Source: a virus
Taxonomy: Duplodnaviria; Heunggongvirae; Uroviricota; Caudoviricetes
Length of the DNA stretch: 37,137 bases
Direction: 5' to 3' (one strand)
Virus record (IMG/VR): IMGVR_UViG_2703718793_000014
The translations under genes and the position numbers were made by a program. The notes under the pieces are model-generated. The model ran no database searches and was not told the DNA's origin. It worked only from the letters and a program-made list of their open reading frames with translations. This document shows positions 18,148 to 26,498 of this stretch, in pieces. The first letter of the stretch is position 1. Every line of letters begins with the position of its first letter.

Positions 18148-18601
18148 TTCCCTGCGTGAAGCCATGACCCGTTCATGCCGATGGTGTCAGGCCAACCCGG
18201 AAAAATTCACCATTTTCGTGGAGAGCGGCAACATTGAAACGACCGGAGAAACGCCCTCGTTTGTTTACCGCTATCAGATGGTGATGTTTGTCATGGATTA
18301 CGCCGGGGAGCTGGACGACCTCACGCTGCCGCTACTGGCGTGGTTATCCGAAAATCAGCCACAGTTGTTGCTCAATCCGGAGCGTAATCAGGACATCAAA
18401 TTCTCCGCCGTTATCAATGACGATGACAGCGCCGATCTCCTGTTTACGCTCCCCCTGCGGGAACGCGTTCGCATCACGCGCAGCAGTCAGGGCACACCGC
18501 AGGCAGAACACCTGCCTGAGCCAAAACCCCGCCTGCCATCTTCCGAAGGCGACTGGTCGCATGTATTCCAGGATGTGACGTGGGGTGAAAGCGATGGATA
18601 A
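18134..18601 (+). CDS. R: Tail completion protein R (P2 gpR family)
   Basis: 155 aa; position and translation consistent with gpR. Confidence 0.8.
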   Translation: MLKTDSLREAMTRSCRWCQANPEKFTIFVESGNIETTGETPSFVYRYQMVMFVMDYAGELDDLTLPLLAWLSENQPQLLLNPERNQDIKFSAVINDDDSADLLFTLPLRERVRITRSSQGTPQAEHLPEPKPRLPSSEGDWSHVFQDVTWGESDG

Positions 18602-19229
18602 GGCATTCACCCGCGTGGATGAAACCTTTGAGGCCATCCGCGACAGCCTGAATCAGCAGGCCATCAATAACATCGCCAGAAAGCTGGCACAGGATTTACG
18701 CCGCGCCCAGCAGGCGCGTATCCGGTCACAGAAAGCGCCGGACGGGACCGCGTGGACACCACGCAGACGCCGCGTAACCCGGATACAGGAACGCATTCGC
18801 TTTATCTGGAATAACGAAGCACGCACGCTGAAAAACTGGCATCACGACACGGGGAAATACGGGCGAACCATTACCGGGTGGGATGAGGATAAAAACAATA
18901 TCCGCACGTTTTACCGGGATGACATCGACCGTTTTCTGGAAATACGCACCCGGCGCATCAACCAGGACAGCACAAAGCGCGTCCCCATGTTCGTAAAACT
19001 GCGCACCGCCCGCTACCTGAAAGCCCGTGCAGATGCTTCCGGTGTGACGGTGGGTTACAGCGGCGTGGCCGCACGTATTGCACGCGTTCATCAGTTCGGT
19101 GAGCGCGATCAGGTTGCGCCGGGCATTTTCACCGATTACCCGGTACGTGAGCTGCTGGGTATCAGCCAGGCAGATGAGCGCCTGATTTATAACACGGTGC
19201 TGGGCCGGATTGCGGAGGCTGTACGGTGA
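18594..19229 (+). CDS. S: Tail completion/virion morphogenesis protein S (P2 gpS family)
   Basis: Start at ATG 18594 overlapping the R stop (ATGGATAA); the track ORF starts at GTG 18585. Confidence 0.75.
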   Translation: MDKAFTRVDETFEAIRDSLNQQAINNIARKLAQDLRRAQQARIRSQKAPDGTAWTPRRRRVTRIQERIRFIWNNEARTLKNWHHDTGKYGRTITGWDEDKNNIRTFYRDDIDRFLEIRTRRINQDSTKRVPMFVKLRTARYLKARADASGVTVGYSGVAARIARVHQFGERDQVAPGIFTDYPVRELLGISQADERLIYNTVLGRIAEAVR

Positions 19230-19807
19230 GCGCAGAACTCATGCGACTGCTGAGCAACATCATCCGTACCGGGATCATCTCTGAAGTTGATGAGGAATCC
19301 TGGTGCGTGCGCGTTCGCAGCGGCGAACTGGAAACAGGCTGGCTGCGCTGGAACACCACGCGCGCGGGAGCCTTCAATGTGTGGCTGCCGCCATCACCCG
19401 GCGAACAGGTGGTAATTGCCTGCATTGGCGGCAACCCGGAAACCGCCATGATAATTGGCAGCCTGTGGAGTGATGCCATTCCGGCCCCCGGCAAAAGCCT
19501 GAAAGAAATCGTGGTCAGCGCGCCGGATGGCGCGGTGTTCCGCTACGACGCGGACGCAGGCGCACTGAGCGCCAGCGGCATGAAAACAGCCACCCTGCAG
19601 GCATCCGTCAGCGTGACACTGGATACGCCCGTCGTGGAATGCACAGACCTTCTGAGAACGGCGACGCTTGACGTCACAAAAGGGGGAAAGATGAGCGGCA
19701 ATATCACGCACAGCGGCGGCAATTTCACCTCAAACGGCATCACAGTGCATACGCATAAACACGGTGGCGTTAAAGGTGGCAGCGATTCGACAGGAGGCCC
19801 GCAGTGA
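19226..19807 (+). CDS. V: Baseplate spike/assembly protein V
   Basis: 193 aa; P2 gpV-like translation; first gene of the V-W-J-I-H-G block. Confidence 0.85.
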   Translation: MSAELMRLLSNIIRTGIISEVDEESWCVRVRSGELETGWLRWNTTRAGAFNVWLPPSPGEQVVIACIGGNPETAMIIGSLWSDAIPAPGKSLKEIVVSAPDGAVFRYDADAGALSASGMKTATLQASVSVTLDTPVVECTDLLRTATLDVTKGGKMSGNITHSGGNFTSNGITVHTHKHGGVKGGSDSTGGPQ

Positions 19808-20154
19808 CAACCCGCTACACAGGAATGAACCCGGACGGAACGGGAAACCTGAACGATATGGAGCACCTGAAACAGTCAGTCAGGGACATCCTGACCACCC
19901 CGCTGGCAAGCCGGGTTATGCGACGGGAATATGGCAGCCTTGTGCCTGATTTGATTGACGAACCCATGAATAACACCACGCGTCTGCAATGCATGAGTGC
20001 TGCCGTGATTGCACTGACACGATGGGAACCCCGCATTGCCCTGGATGCCATCGATGTTGTCTGGAAAGCAGGAGGCCGCGCCGGGGTGACGCTGTCGGGC
20101 ACTGTCATGCAGACCATGCAGAATGTTGAATTAACCATCACGCTGAGAGAGTAA
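19804..20154 (+). CDS. W: Baseplate wedge protein W (gp25-like)
   Basis: 116 aa; P2 gpW-like. Confidence 0.85.
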   Translation: MTTRYTGMNPDGTGNLNDMEHLKQSVRDILTTPLASRVMRREYGSLVPDLIDEPMNNTTRLQCMSAAVIALTRWEPRIALDAIDVVWKAGGRAGVTLSGTVMQTMQNVELTITLRE

Positions 20155-20157
20155 ATC

Positions 20158-21054
20158 ATGCCTGCCGTTGACCTTTCCCAGTTACCGGAACCCGCCATCA
20201 TAGCGGAGCCTGACTTTGAGGCAATTCTGGCTGACACAAAGGCCATGATGATTGCGGCTTATCCCGCCGAACAGCGTGAAGCCGTTTCCGCCGCGCTGGA
20301 GCTGGAATCGGAACCCCTTAACGTTATCGCTCAAACCATGTCGTTTCGTGAAATGCTGTTACGCCAGCGGGTTAACGAGGGCGCACGCGCCTGCATGTTA
20401 AGCCACAGTTCAGGGACAAACCTGGACAACCTCGCGGGCAATATGAACACAAAGCGCCTGGTTATCACTCCGGCAACGGATACCACCGACGCGGTGATGG
20501 AGAGCGACACCTCGCTGAGACTGCGGGCGCAGCGGGCGTATGACGGCCTGAGTGTTGCAGGCCCGTCAGGCGCATACGAGTATTTTGCACGCAGCGCCAG
20601 CGGTCTGGTGCGTGATGCGCGGGCCATCAGCCCGTCTCCGGCCTGTGTGACGGTTTCCATTCTGTCCACTGAAGGCGACGGCACAGCAACGGAGGCGTTG
20701 CTTAATACCGTTCGCGCCGTTCTGAATGCAGAGGATACCCGCCCGGTGGCCGACCGCCTGACGGTACAGAGCGCCAGAATCGTGACATGGCGGCTGAATG
20801 CAAAACTGTACTTTTACCCCGGCCCGGAATCCGAACCTATTCTGGCCGCGGCAGAATCGTCATTCAGGAAGTGGCTGGCTGAACAGGGGCTTATCGGTCA
20901 GGACGTGGCGTTGTCCGCCATTGCTGCCGCACTGCATGTGCACGGTGTGCAACGCGTGGAGATAATCGAACCCACACAGAATATGGCCATCAGCGACATA
21001 CAGGCGGCGCGCTGTGAGTCATTTATCATCAGCGAAGGTGGGCGCAATGAGTAA
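20158..21054 (+). CDS. J: Baseplate assembly protein J
   Basis: 298 aa; P2 gpJ-like. Confidence 0.85.
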   Translation: MPAVDLSQLPEPAIIAEPDFEAILADTKAMMIAAYPAEQREAVSAALELESEPLNVIAQTMSFREMLLRQRVNEGARACMLSHSSGTNLDNLAGNMNTKRLVITPATDTTDAVMESDTSLRLRAQRAYDGLSVAGPSGAYEYFARSASGLVRDARAISPSPACVTVSILSTEGDGTATEALLNTVRAVLNAEDTRPVADRLTVQSARIVTWRLNAKLYFYPGPESEPILAAAESSFRKWLAEQGLIGQDVALSAIAAALHVHGVQRVEIIEPTQNMAISDIQAARCESFIISEGGRNE

Positions 21055-21577
21055 TTCGTTGTTACCACCATCAGCCAGCAATTTCATGCGTTGTGCCGAA
21101 GCTGTCGGAGCGCGCATTACAAATATCCCGGTAGACCTCAACACGCTGTGGTCGCCGGACACATGCCCGGTGCATCTGCTGCCTTATCTCGCCTGGGCAT
21201 TTTCCGTTGACCGCTGGGATCGCAACTGGCCGGAAGAGACAAAGCGACAGGTGATTCGTGATGCATGGCTGATACACCGACACAAAGGGACCATCAGCGC
21301 ACTGCGCCGGGCCATTGAGCCGCTGGGATACCTCATTCGTGTGTCTGAGTGGTGGGAGTTCGGCGGAGAACCGGGAACATTTACCGTTGAAGTCGGCACG
21401 CTGGACAGTGGCGTGACGGAGGAAATGTATCTGGAAATGGAGCGGTTGATTGCTGATGCCCGCCCGGTCAGCCGCCACATGACAGGGCTGAATATCATTC
21501 AGGAGATCCCGGGGGATATTTTCGCGGCGGCAGCAACTTACGACGGTGAAGTCATTACCATTTATCCGGACGATTAA
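21047..21577 (+). CDS. I: Baseplate/tail-fibre attachment protein I
   Basis: 176 aa from ATG 21047 ([13 protein letters not shown]), overlapping the J stop. Confidence 0.8.
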   Translation: MSNSLLPPSASNFMRCAEAVGARITNIPVDLNTLWSPDTCPVHLLPYLAWAFSVDRWDRNWPEETKRQVIRDAWLIHRHKGTISALRRAIEPLGYLIRVSEWWEFGGEPGTFTVEVGTLDSGVTEEMYLEMERLIADARPVSRHMTGLNIIQEIPGDIFAAAATYDGEVITIYPDD

Positions 21578-21579
21578 GC

Positions 21580-23739
21580 ATGAGTACCACAACACGAAAA
21601 TTTAAAACCATTATCACTGATACTGGTGCCAAAAAATTAGCTCAGGCAGCCGCGCCAGATGGTAATCCTGTCCGCCTGACTCACATGGCCGTGGGCGACG
21701 GTGGCGGCACGTTGCCCACACCAGACAGTAAGCAGACCCGTCTGGTGCATGAGGTGTGGCGACATACTGTTAATCGCGTCATCCTGGACGCAACACATCA
21801 GAACCGCATTATTGCGGAGCTGGTTATTCCTCCTGAAACGGGCGGATTCTGGATCCGGGAAATTGGTGTATTTGATGAGCACGGCGATTTGATCGCGGTG
21901 GGCAATACTGCCGAAAGTTACAAACCAACCGTTGCCGAAGGATCCGGACGTGCACAAACATTTCGCACCATTCTGACCGTATCCAGCACTGCCACCGTGG
22001 CGCTTACCGTGGATAACACCATGGTTATGGCCACAGTGGATTACGTGAATGACAAACTGAAAGAACATGAACAGTCACGACGTCACCCGGACGCCTCGCT
22101 GACCGCAAAAGGCTTTGTTCAACTCAGTAGCGCCACCAACAGCACGTCTGAAGCACTGGCCGCAACGCCGAAAGCGGTCAAGGCAGCCTATGACCTTGCT
22201 ATCGGGAAATATACCGCACAGGACGCCACTACAGCGCGGAAAGGACTTGTCCAGCTCAGTAGCGCCACCAACAGCGATTCAGAAACGCTGGCGGCAACAC
22301 CAAAGGCGGTAAAGGCAACATATGACCTTGCTAACGGGAAATATACTGCGCAGGATGCCACCACAGCGCGGAAAGGCCTTGTCCAGCTCAGTAGCGCCAC
22401 CAACAGCACGTCTGAAGCACTGGCCGCAACACCGAAAGCGGTAAAGACAGCATATGACCTTGCTAACGGGAAATATACCGCTCAGGACGCTACGACAGCA
22501 CAAAAAGGGATTGTCCAGCTAAGCAGCGCGACTAACAGCACATCTGAAACGCTTGCCGCGACACCGAAAGCAGTGAAAGCAGCTAATGACAATGCGAATG
22601 GTCGGGTACCTTCTGCCCGTAAGGTGAATGGTAAGGCGCTTTCAGCGGATATTACACTGACGCCGAAAGATATTGGTACGCTTAACTCAACAACTATGTC
22701 ATTCAGCGGTGGTGCTGGTTGGTTCAAATTAGCAACGGTAACCATGCCGCAGGCGAGTTCTGTTGTTTCAATTACGTTGATTGGTGGCGCGGGATTTAAC
22801 GTGGAGTCACCTCAACAGGCAGGTATATCTGAACTTGTTCTTCGTGCGGGAAATGGAAATCCAAAAGGTCTTACTGGTGCGTTATGGCGACGGACATCGG
22901 TTGGATTTACTAATTTTGCATGGGTGAATACATCCGGTGATACCTATGATGTTTATGTTGAAATAGGTAATTACGCCACAGGTGTTAATATTCAATGGGA
23001 TTATACCAGTAACGCCAGCGTAACGATTCATACTTCACCAGCATATTCTGCTAATAAGCCGGAAGGATTAACGGACGGTTCTGTTTATTCGCTGTATATT
23101 TCGCCTCATGAACTTTATCCGGTTGGCGCACCGATCCCTTGGCCATCAGATACCGTTCCGTCTGGTTATGCCCTGATGCAGGGGCAGACTTTTGACAAAT
23201 CTGCATACCCGAAACTTGCAGCCGCTTATCCGTCAGGCGTGATCCCTGATATGCGTGGCTGGACGATTAAGGGCAAGCCCGCCAGTGGTCGTGCCGTATT
23301 GTCTCAGGAACAGGACGGCATTAAATCGCACACCCACAGCGCCAGCGTATCCAGTACGGATTTGGGTACGAAAACCACATCGTCGTTTGATTACGGGACG
23401 AAAACAACCTCACTATTTGACTATGGGACCAAAACTACCAGTAACGCCGGGAGTCACACGCATTCAATACCAACATCAGATGGTGCAAACCAGGGGGGGA
23501 AAATTCCACTGACATCTGGGCGTCTGGCAACTCAATATACATCAGCAACAACAGGTTCCTCTGGCTCACATTCTCATACTGTAGGTATTGGTTCTCATCA
23601 GCACACTGTCGGTATTGGTGCACACACGCACTCGGTTGCGATTGGCTCACATGGACACACCATCACCGTTAACGCTGCTGGTAACGCGGAAAACACCGTC
23701 AAAAACATCGCATTTAACTATATTGTGAGGCTTGCATGA
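21580..23739 (+). CDS. H: Tail fibre protein H
   Basis: 719 aa; conserved N-terminal baseplate-attachment region, internal tandem 44-aa repeats, and a C-terminal His-rich tip [34 protein letters not shown]. Confidence 0.9.
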   Translation: MSTTTRKFKTIITDTGAKKLAQAAAPDGNPVRLTHMAVGDGGGTLPTPDSKQTRLVHEVWRHTVNRVILDATHQNRIIAELVIPPETGGFWIREIGVFDEHGDLIAVGNTAESYKPTVAEGSGRAQTFRTILTVSSTATVALTVDNTMVMATVDYVNDKLKEHEQSRRHPDASLTAKGFVQLSSATNSTSEALAATPKAVKAAYDLAIGKYTAQDATTARKGLVQLSSATNSDSETLAATPKAVKATYDLANGKYTAQDATTARKGLVQLSSATNSTSEALAATPKAVKTAYDLANGKYTAQDATTAQKGIVQLSSATNSTSETLAATPKAVKAANDNANGRVPSARKVNGKALSADITLTPKDIGTLNSTTMSFSGGAGWFKLATVTMPQASSVVSITLIGGAGFNVESPQQAGISELVLRAGNGNPKGLTGALWRRTSVGFTNFAWVNTSGDTYDVYVEIGNYATGVNIQWDYTSNASVTIHTSPAYSANKPEGLTDGSVYSLYISPHELYPVGAPIPWPSDTVPSGYALMQGQTFDKSAYPKLAAAYPSGVIPDMRGWTIKGKPASGRAVLSQEQDGIKSHTHSASVSSTDLGTKTTSSFDYGTKTTSLFDYGTKTTSNAGSHTHSIPTSDGANQGGKIPLTSGRLATQYTSATTGSSGSHSHTVGIGSHQHTVGIGAHTHSVAIGSHGHTITVNAAGNAENTVKNIAFNYIVRLA
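22108..22600 (+). repeat. Tandem 132-bp (44-codon) repeats inside H, about 3.7 copies
   Basis: Repeat units start at 22108, 22240, 22372 and 22504; each encodes KG(F/L/I)VQLSSATNS...LAATPKAVK...[17 protein letters not shown] with few substitutions. Confidence 0.85.
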
Positions 23740-24638
23740 TTACGCTCATTCTTTCTGCACCAGTAACAGAAATGGCTGAAGCATTTAAGCGGGTATTTGC
23801 AAACGCAGATAATGTGAATATTGTCGGAAAGCCATTTGAAACAATCAGAGAATTTGACTGTATGGTAAGTGCGGCAAATAGTTTCGGCCTGATGGATGGC
23901 GGTGTTGATGCCGCCATTACCGCATTCTTCGGTACTCAGTTACAGTCCCGCGTTCAGAATCATATTCTTCGTGAATATCTAGGCGAGCAGCCTGTAGGAT
24001 CTGCGTTTGTTATTGAAACGGGGCATAATCATCACCCCTGGCTGGTACATGCGCCAACAATGCGTGTTCCGTTGACAATTGACGGAACAGACGCTGTATA
24101 TAACGCAACCTGGGCCGCTCTGCTTGCCATCTTTCAGCACAATAAAAACGCAACGACAGACAGGAAAATAAAGACGGTGGTATTCCCTGCGATGGGGGCT
24201 GGATGTGGTCAGGTACCGTTTGAAAGTGTTGCCCGCCAGATGAAGCAGGCCTGGGATAACTTTAATAAAAAAACAGAATCAATTAACTGGGAATACGCAC
24301 AATCCCGCCAGTCGGCAGTATTTGGCACATATGCATACTGTCCGGGTAATTCTGTTTGCCGTTATGCGGATGCTAAATATATTGGATGCGGCGATTATCG
24401 GACGTATTGCTCACGTTCCGGGCAGGTCTGTATTAACCCTGAACATCAGGCTGATGATGTACTGATACAACATCAGGCTAATAACCGGTTTCGCCCTGAT
24501 TCGCATATACACCGGATTAATCCAGAAAATCCCGTAGGTAATGTCACCTCTGGCGCACATAGCCACAGAAGTAGCATCGTTATTGGTGCTCACACCCATA
24601 CGCTCAATAAACAATATTCTGTCTCTGATATTAAGTAG
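23736..24638 (+). CDS. Macro-domain protein with tail-fibre-tip-like His-rich C-terminus
   Basis: 300 aa; macro-domain blocks [46 protein letters not shown] and [20 protein letters not shown] align by eye to E. coli YmdB-type macro domains. The C-terminus [20 protein letters not shown] echoes the HxH tip of H. Start overlaps the H stop. Confidence 0.7.
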   Translation: MITLILSAPVTEMAEAFKRVFANADNVNIVGKPFETIREFDCMVSAANSFGLMDGGVDAAITAFFGTQLQSRVQNHILREYLGEQPVGSAFVIETGHNHHPWLVHAPTMRVPLTIDGTDAVYNATWAALLAIFQHNKNATTDRKIKTVVFPAMGAGCGQVPFESVARQMKQAWDNFNKKTESINWEYAQSRQSAVFGTYAYCPGNSVCRYADAKYIGCGDYRTYCSRSGQVCINPEHQADDVLIQHQANNRFRPDSHIHRINPENPVGNVTSGAHSHRSSIVIGAHTHTLNKQYSVSDIK

Positions 24639-24646
24639 AGGTGAAC

Positions 24647-25225
24647 ATGGATTTCAGAATGAGTGAACAACCACGGACCATAAAAATTTATAATCTGCTG
24701 GCCGGAACTAATGAATTTATTGGTGAAGGTGACGCATACATTCCGCCTCATACAGGTCTGCCAGCAAACAGTACCGATATTGCACCGCCAGATATTCCGG
24801 CTGGCTTCGTGGCTGTTTTCAACAGTAATGAGGCATCGTGGCATCTCGTTGAAGATCATCGGGGTAAAACGGTTTATGACGTGGCTTCCGGCGACGCGTT
24901 ATTTATTTCTGAACTCGGTCCGTTACCGGAAAATGTTACCTGGTTGTCGCCGGATGGAGAGTGTCAGAAGTGGAACGGCACATCCTGGGCGAAAGATGCA
25001 GAAGCAGAAAAACTGTTTCGGGTACGGGAGGCAGAAGAAACAAAAAACAGCCTGATGCAGGTAGCCAGTGAGCATATTGCGCCACTTCAGGATGCCGTAG
25101 ATTTGGATATTGCGACGGAGGAAGAGGCATCGTTACTGGCTGCATGGAAGACATATCGGGTATTGTTGAATCGTGTTGATACAACAGTAGCAGCGGATGT
25201 TGAGTGGCCAGTCGCCCCACAATAA
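24647..25225 (+). CDS. G: Tail fibre assembly chaperone (P2 gpG / Tfa family)
   Basis: 192 aa from ATG 24647 (GAGGT upstream); position after the fibre genes; translation typical of Tfa proteins. Confidence 0.8.
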   Translation: MDFRMSEQPRTIKIYNLLAGTNEFIGEGDAYIPPHTGLPANSTDIAPPDIPAGFVAVFNSNEASWHLVEDHRGKTVYDVASGDALFISELGPLPENVTWLSPDGECQKWNGTSWAKDAEAEKLFRVREAEETKNSLMQVASEHIAPLQDAVDLDIATEEEASLLAAWKTYRVLLNRVDTTVAADVEWPVAPQ

Positions 25226-25230
25226 AAAGA

Positions 25231-25260
25231 AAAAGCCATCGACAGAAATATCGATGGCTT
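25231..25260. terminator. Bidirectional terminator hairpin between convergent genes
   Basis: AAAGCCATCGA-(loop)-TCGATGGCTTT with flanking A/T runs; lies between the G stop and the stop of the minus-strand acetyltransferase. Confidence 0.6.
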
Positions 25261-25268
25261 TATGTACT

Positions 25269-25841
25269 CTATTTATACAATACAACACCACTCTTTTTAG
25301 TTATATATGTGCAGTTTGATGGTATATCTTTATTTATAAAAGACATTGCACCTATTTTTACATTATCCCCAATTTTACGTGATAATCCAATGATGCAACA
25401 ATTAGCTCCGATATCAACGTTACTACCAATTTTTACTCTTGAACTAGGCATATCACCATCTATCTGTCCAATGGTAGTATTCTGTCGTAATACCAGATTT
25501 TCACCCGCATCAACAGCAAAATGAACAACAATTCCAGCATGATGGGGAATTGTCAACCCTTTTCCAATATTTGCGCCCAATCCTATTTCACAACCAAACT
25601 TGTTAATTATTTTACTGTTTAACTTTTTGGCTGCTTTCTTATGTAATTTATTACCATTAATATACATTTCGTTAGCCAACCGCCACCAGAAAAGGAAATT
25701 CCGGTTACGCTGCTTTTTCTCTCTTAAAAGCCTCCAGATATCCATACGTTTCCGCCGAATTACTTCATGTTTCCAGAAGTTTTTTAAATTAGTAGAGTTT
25801 CCAAATAAAACAAAGTGAATTGCCATTAAGTAAGATAGCAC
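25269..25841 (-). CDS. Hexapeptide-repeat (left-handed beta-helix) acetyltransferase, CysE/WcaB-like
   Basis: Visibly AT-rich ORF; translation has canonical hexapeptide repeats GLGANIGKGLTIPHHAGIVV...IGSNVDIGANCCIIG...IGDNVKIGAMSFIN. Start chosen at GTG 25841 (AAGGAG 6 nt upstream); the track ORF extends to ATG 25874. Confidence 0.7.
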   Translation of the reverse strand: MLSYLMAIHFVLFGNSTNLKNFWKHEVIRRKRMDIWRLLREKKQRNRNFLFWWRLANEMYINGNKLHKKAAKKLNSKIINKFGCEIGLGANIGKGLTIPHHAGIVVHFAVDAGENLVLRQNTTIGQIDGDMPSSRVKIGSNVDIGANCCIIGLSRKIGDNVKIGAMSFINKDIPSNCTYITKKSGVVLYK

Positions 25842-25997
25842 GATAATCTCCTTAATTATTATTTCAGACCACACATGTTATAAGGTTAAGAGATTATAAA
25901 ATCCTGTTATTTGTTATTCAAAAACAATTTTCTGAGAAGGACATACAACAGCAAGTCGCCAGTCACCTTCATCAGGAAATTGGCGACATACGTTAAA

Positions 25998-26492
25998 TCA
26001 GAGCAGCCCCTTAACTGAGCTGGCCGCGCTATTAAGGGATGATGTCACCTTATCTTTGAAGCCGGACAGCATATCGCTGAACGATGAGGATTGCAGGCGC
26101 TCCCGCAAATCCTCATCACAGCGTTCAAGAGTCAGTGAAAATTCTATCTTTTTCGCCTTACCGTAGCGATCAAACTCGGAGCGGGTCGTATTCGTTCCGG
26201 TCAGGACATACATGCCGTAAATCTGCCCGACGCCATCAATCAAAGGCCAAGGACGTCCTGTATATGCCTGCGTGGTCAACAACGACAGCGACACTTCGCC
26301 ACCAGTAATCTCAGGATAAAGAACACCAGAAAGAACGATGCGATCATCACCTGCACCGATATACTGCCAGCTTGCTGAACGGTTAACGCGTTCATTTTTC
26401 ACATGTCGCCAGCTTTTGTTTTGCTGTAACTGCTGATGCGGCAACGTGCGCAGCTCAAAAACAAACATGCCGTAGATCATCATCATGGCCAT
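25998..26492 (-). CDS. U: Tail protein U (P2 gpU family)
   Basis: 164 aa; last gene of the minus-strand sheath/tube/tape-measure block; gpU-like translation. Confidence 0.8.
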   Translation of the reverse strand: MAMMMIYGMFVFELRTLPHQQLQQNKSWRHVKNERVNRSASWQYIGAGDDRIVLSGVLYPEITGGEVSLSLLTTQAYTGRPWPLIDGVGQIYGMYVLTGTNTTRSEFDRYGKAKKIEFSLTLERCDEDLRERLQSSSFSDMLSGFKDKVTSSLNSAASSVKGLL

Positions 26493-26498
26493 GACTCC

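Noticed and set aside
21014-21046. Upstream extension of the gene I ORF
   Set aside because: Overlaps the end of J; the internal ATG at 21047 overlapping the J stop gives the expected gene I start.
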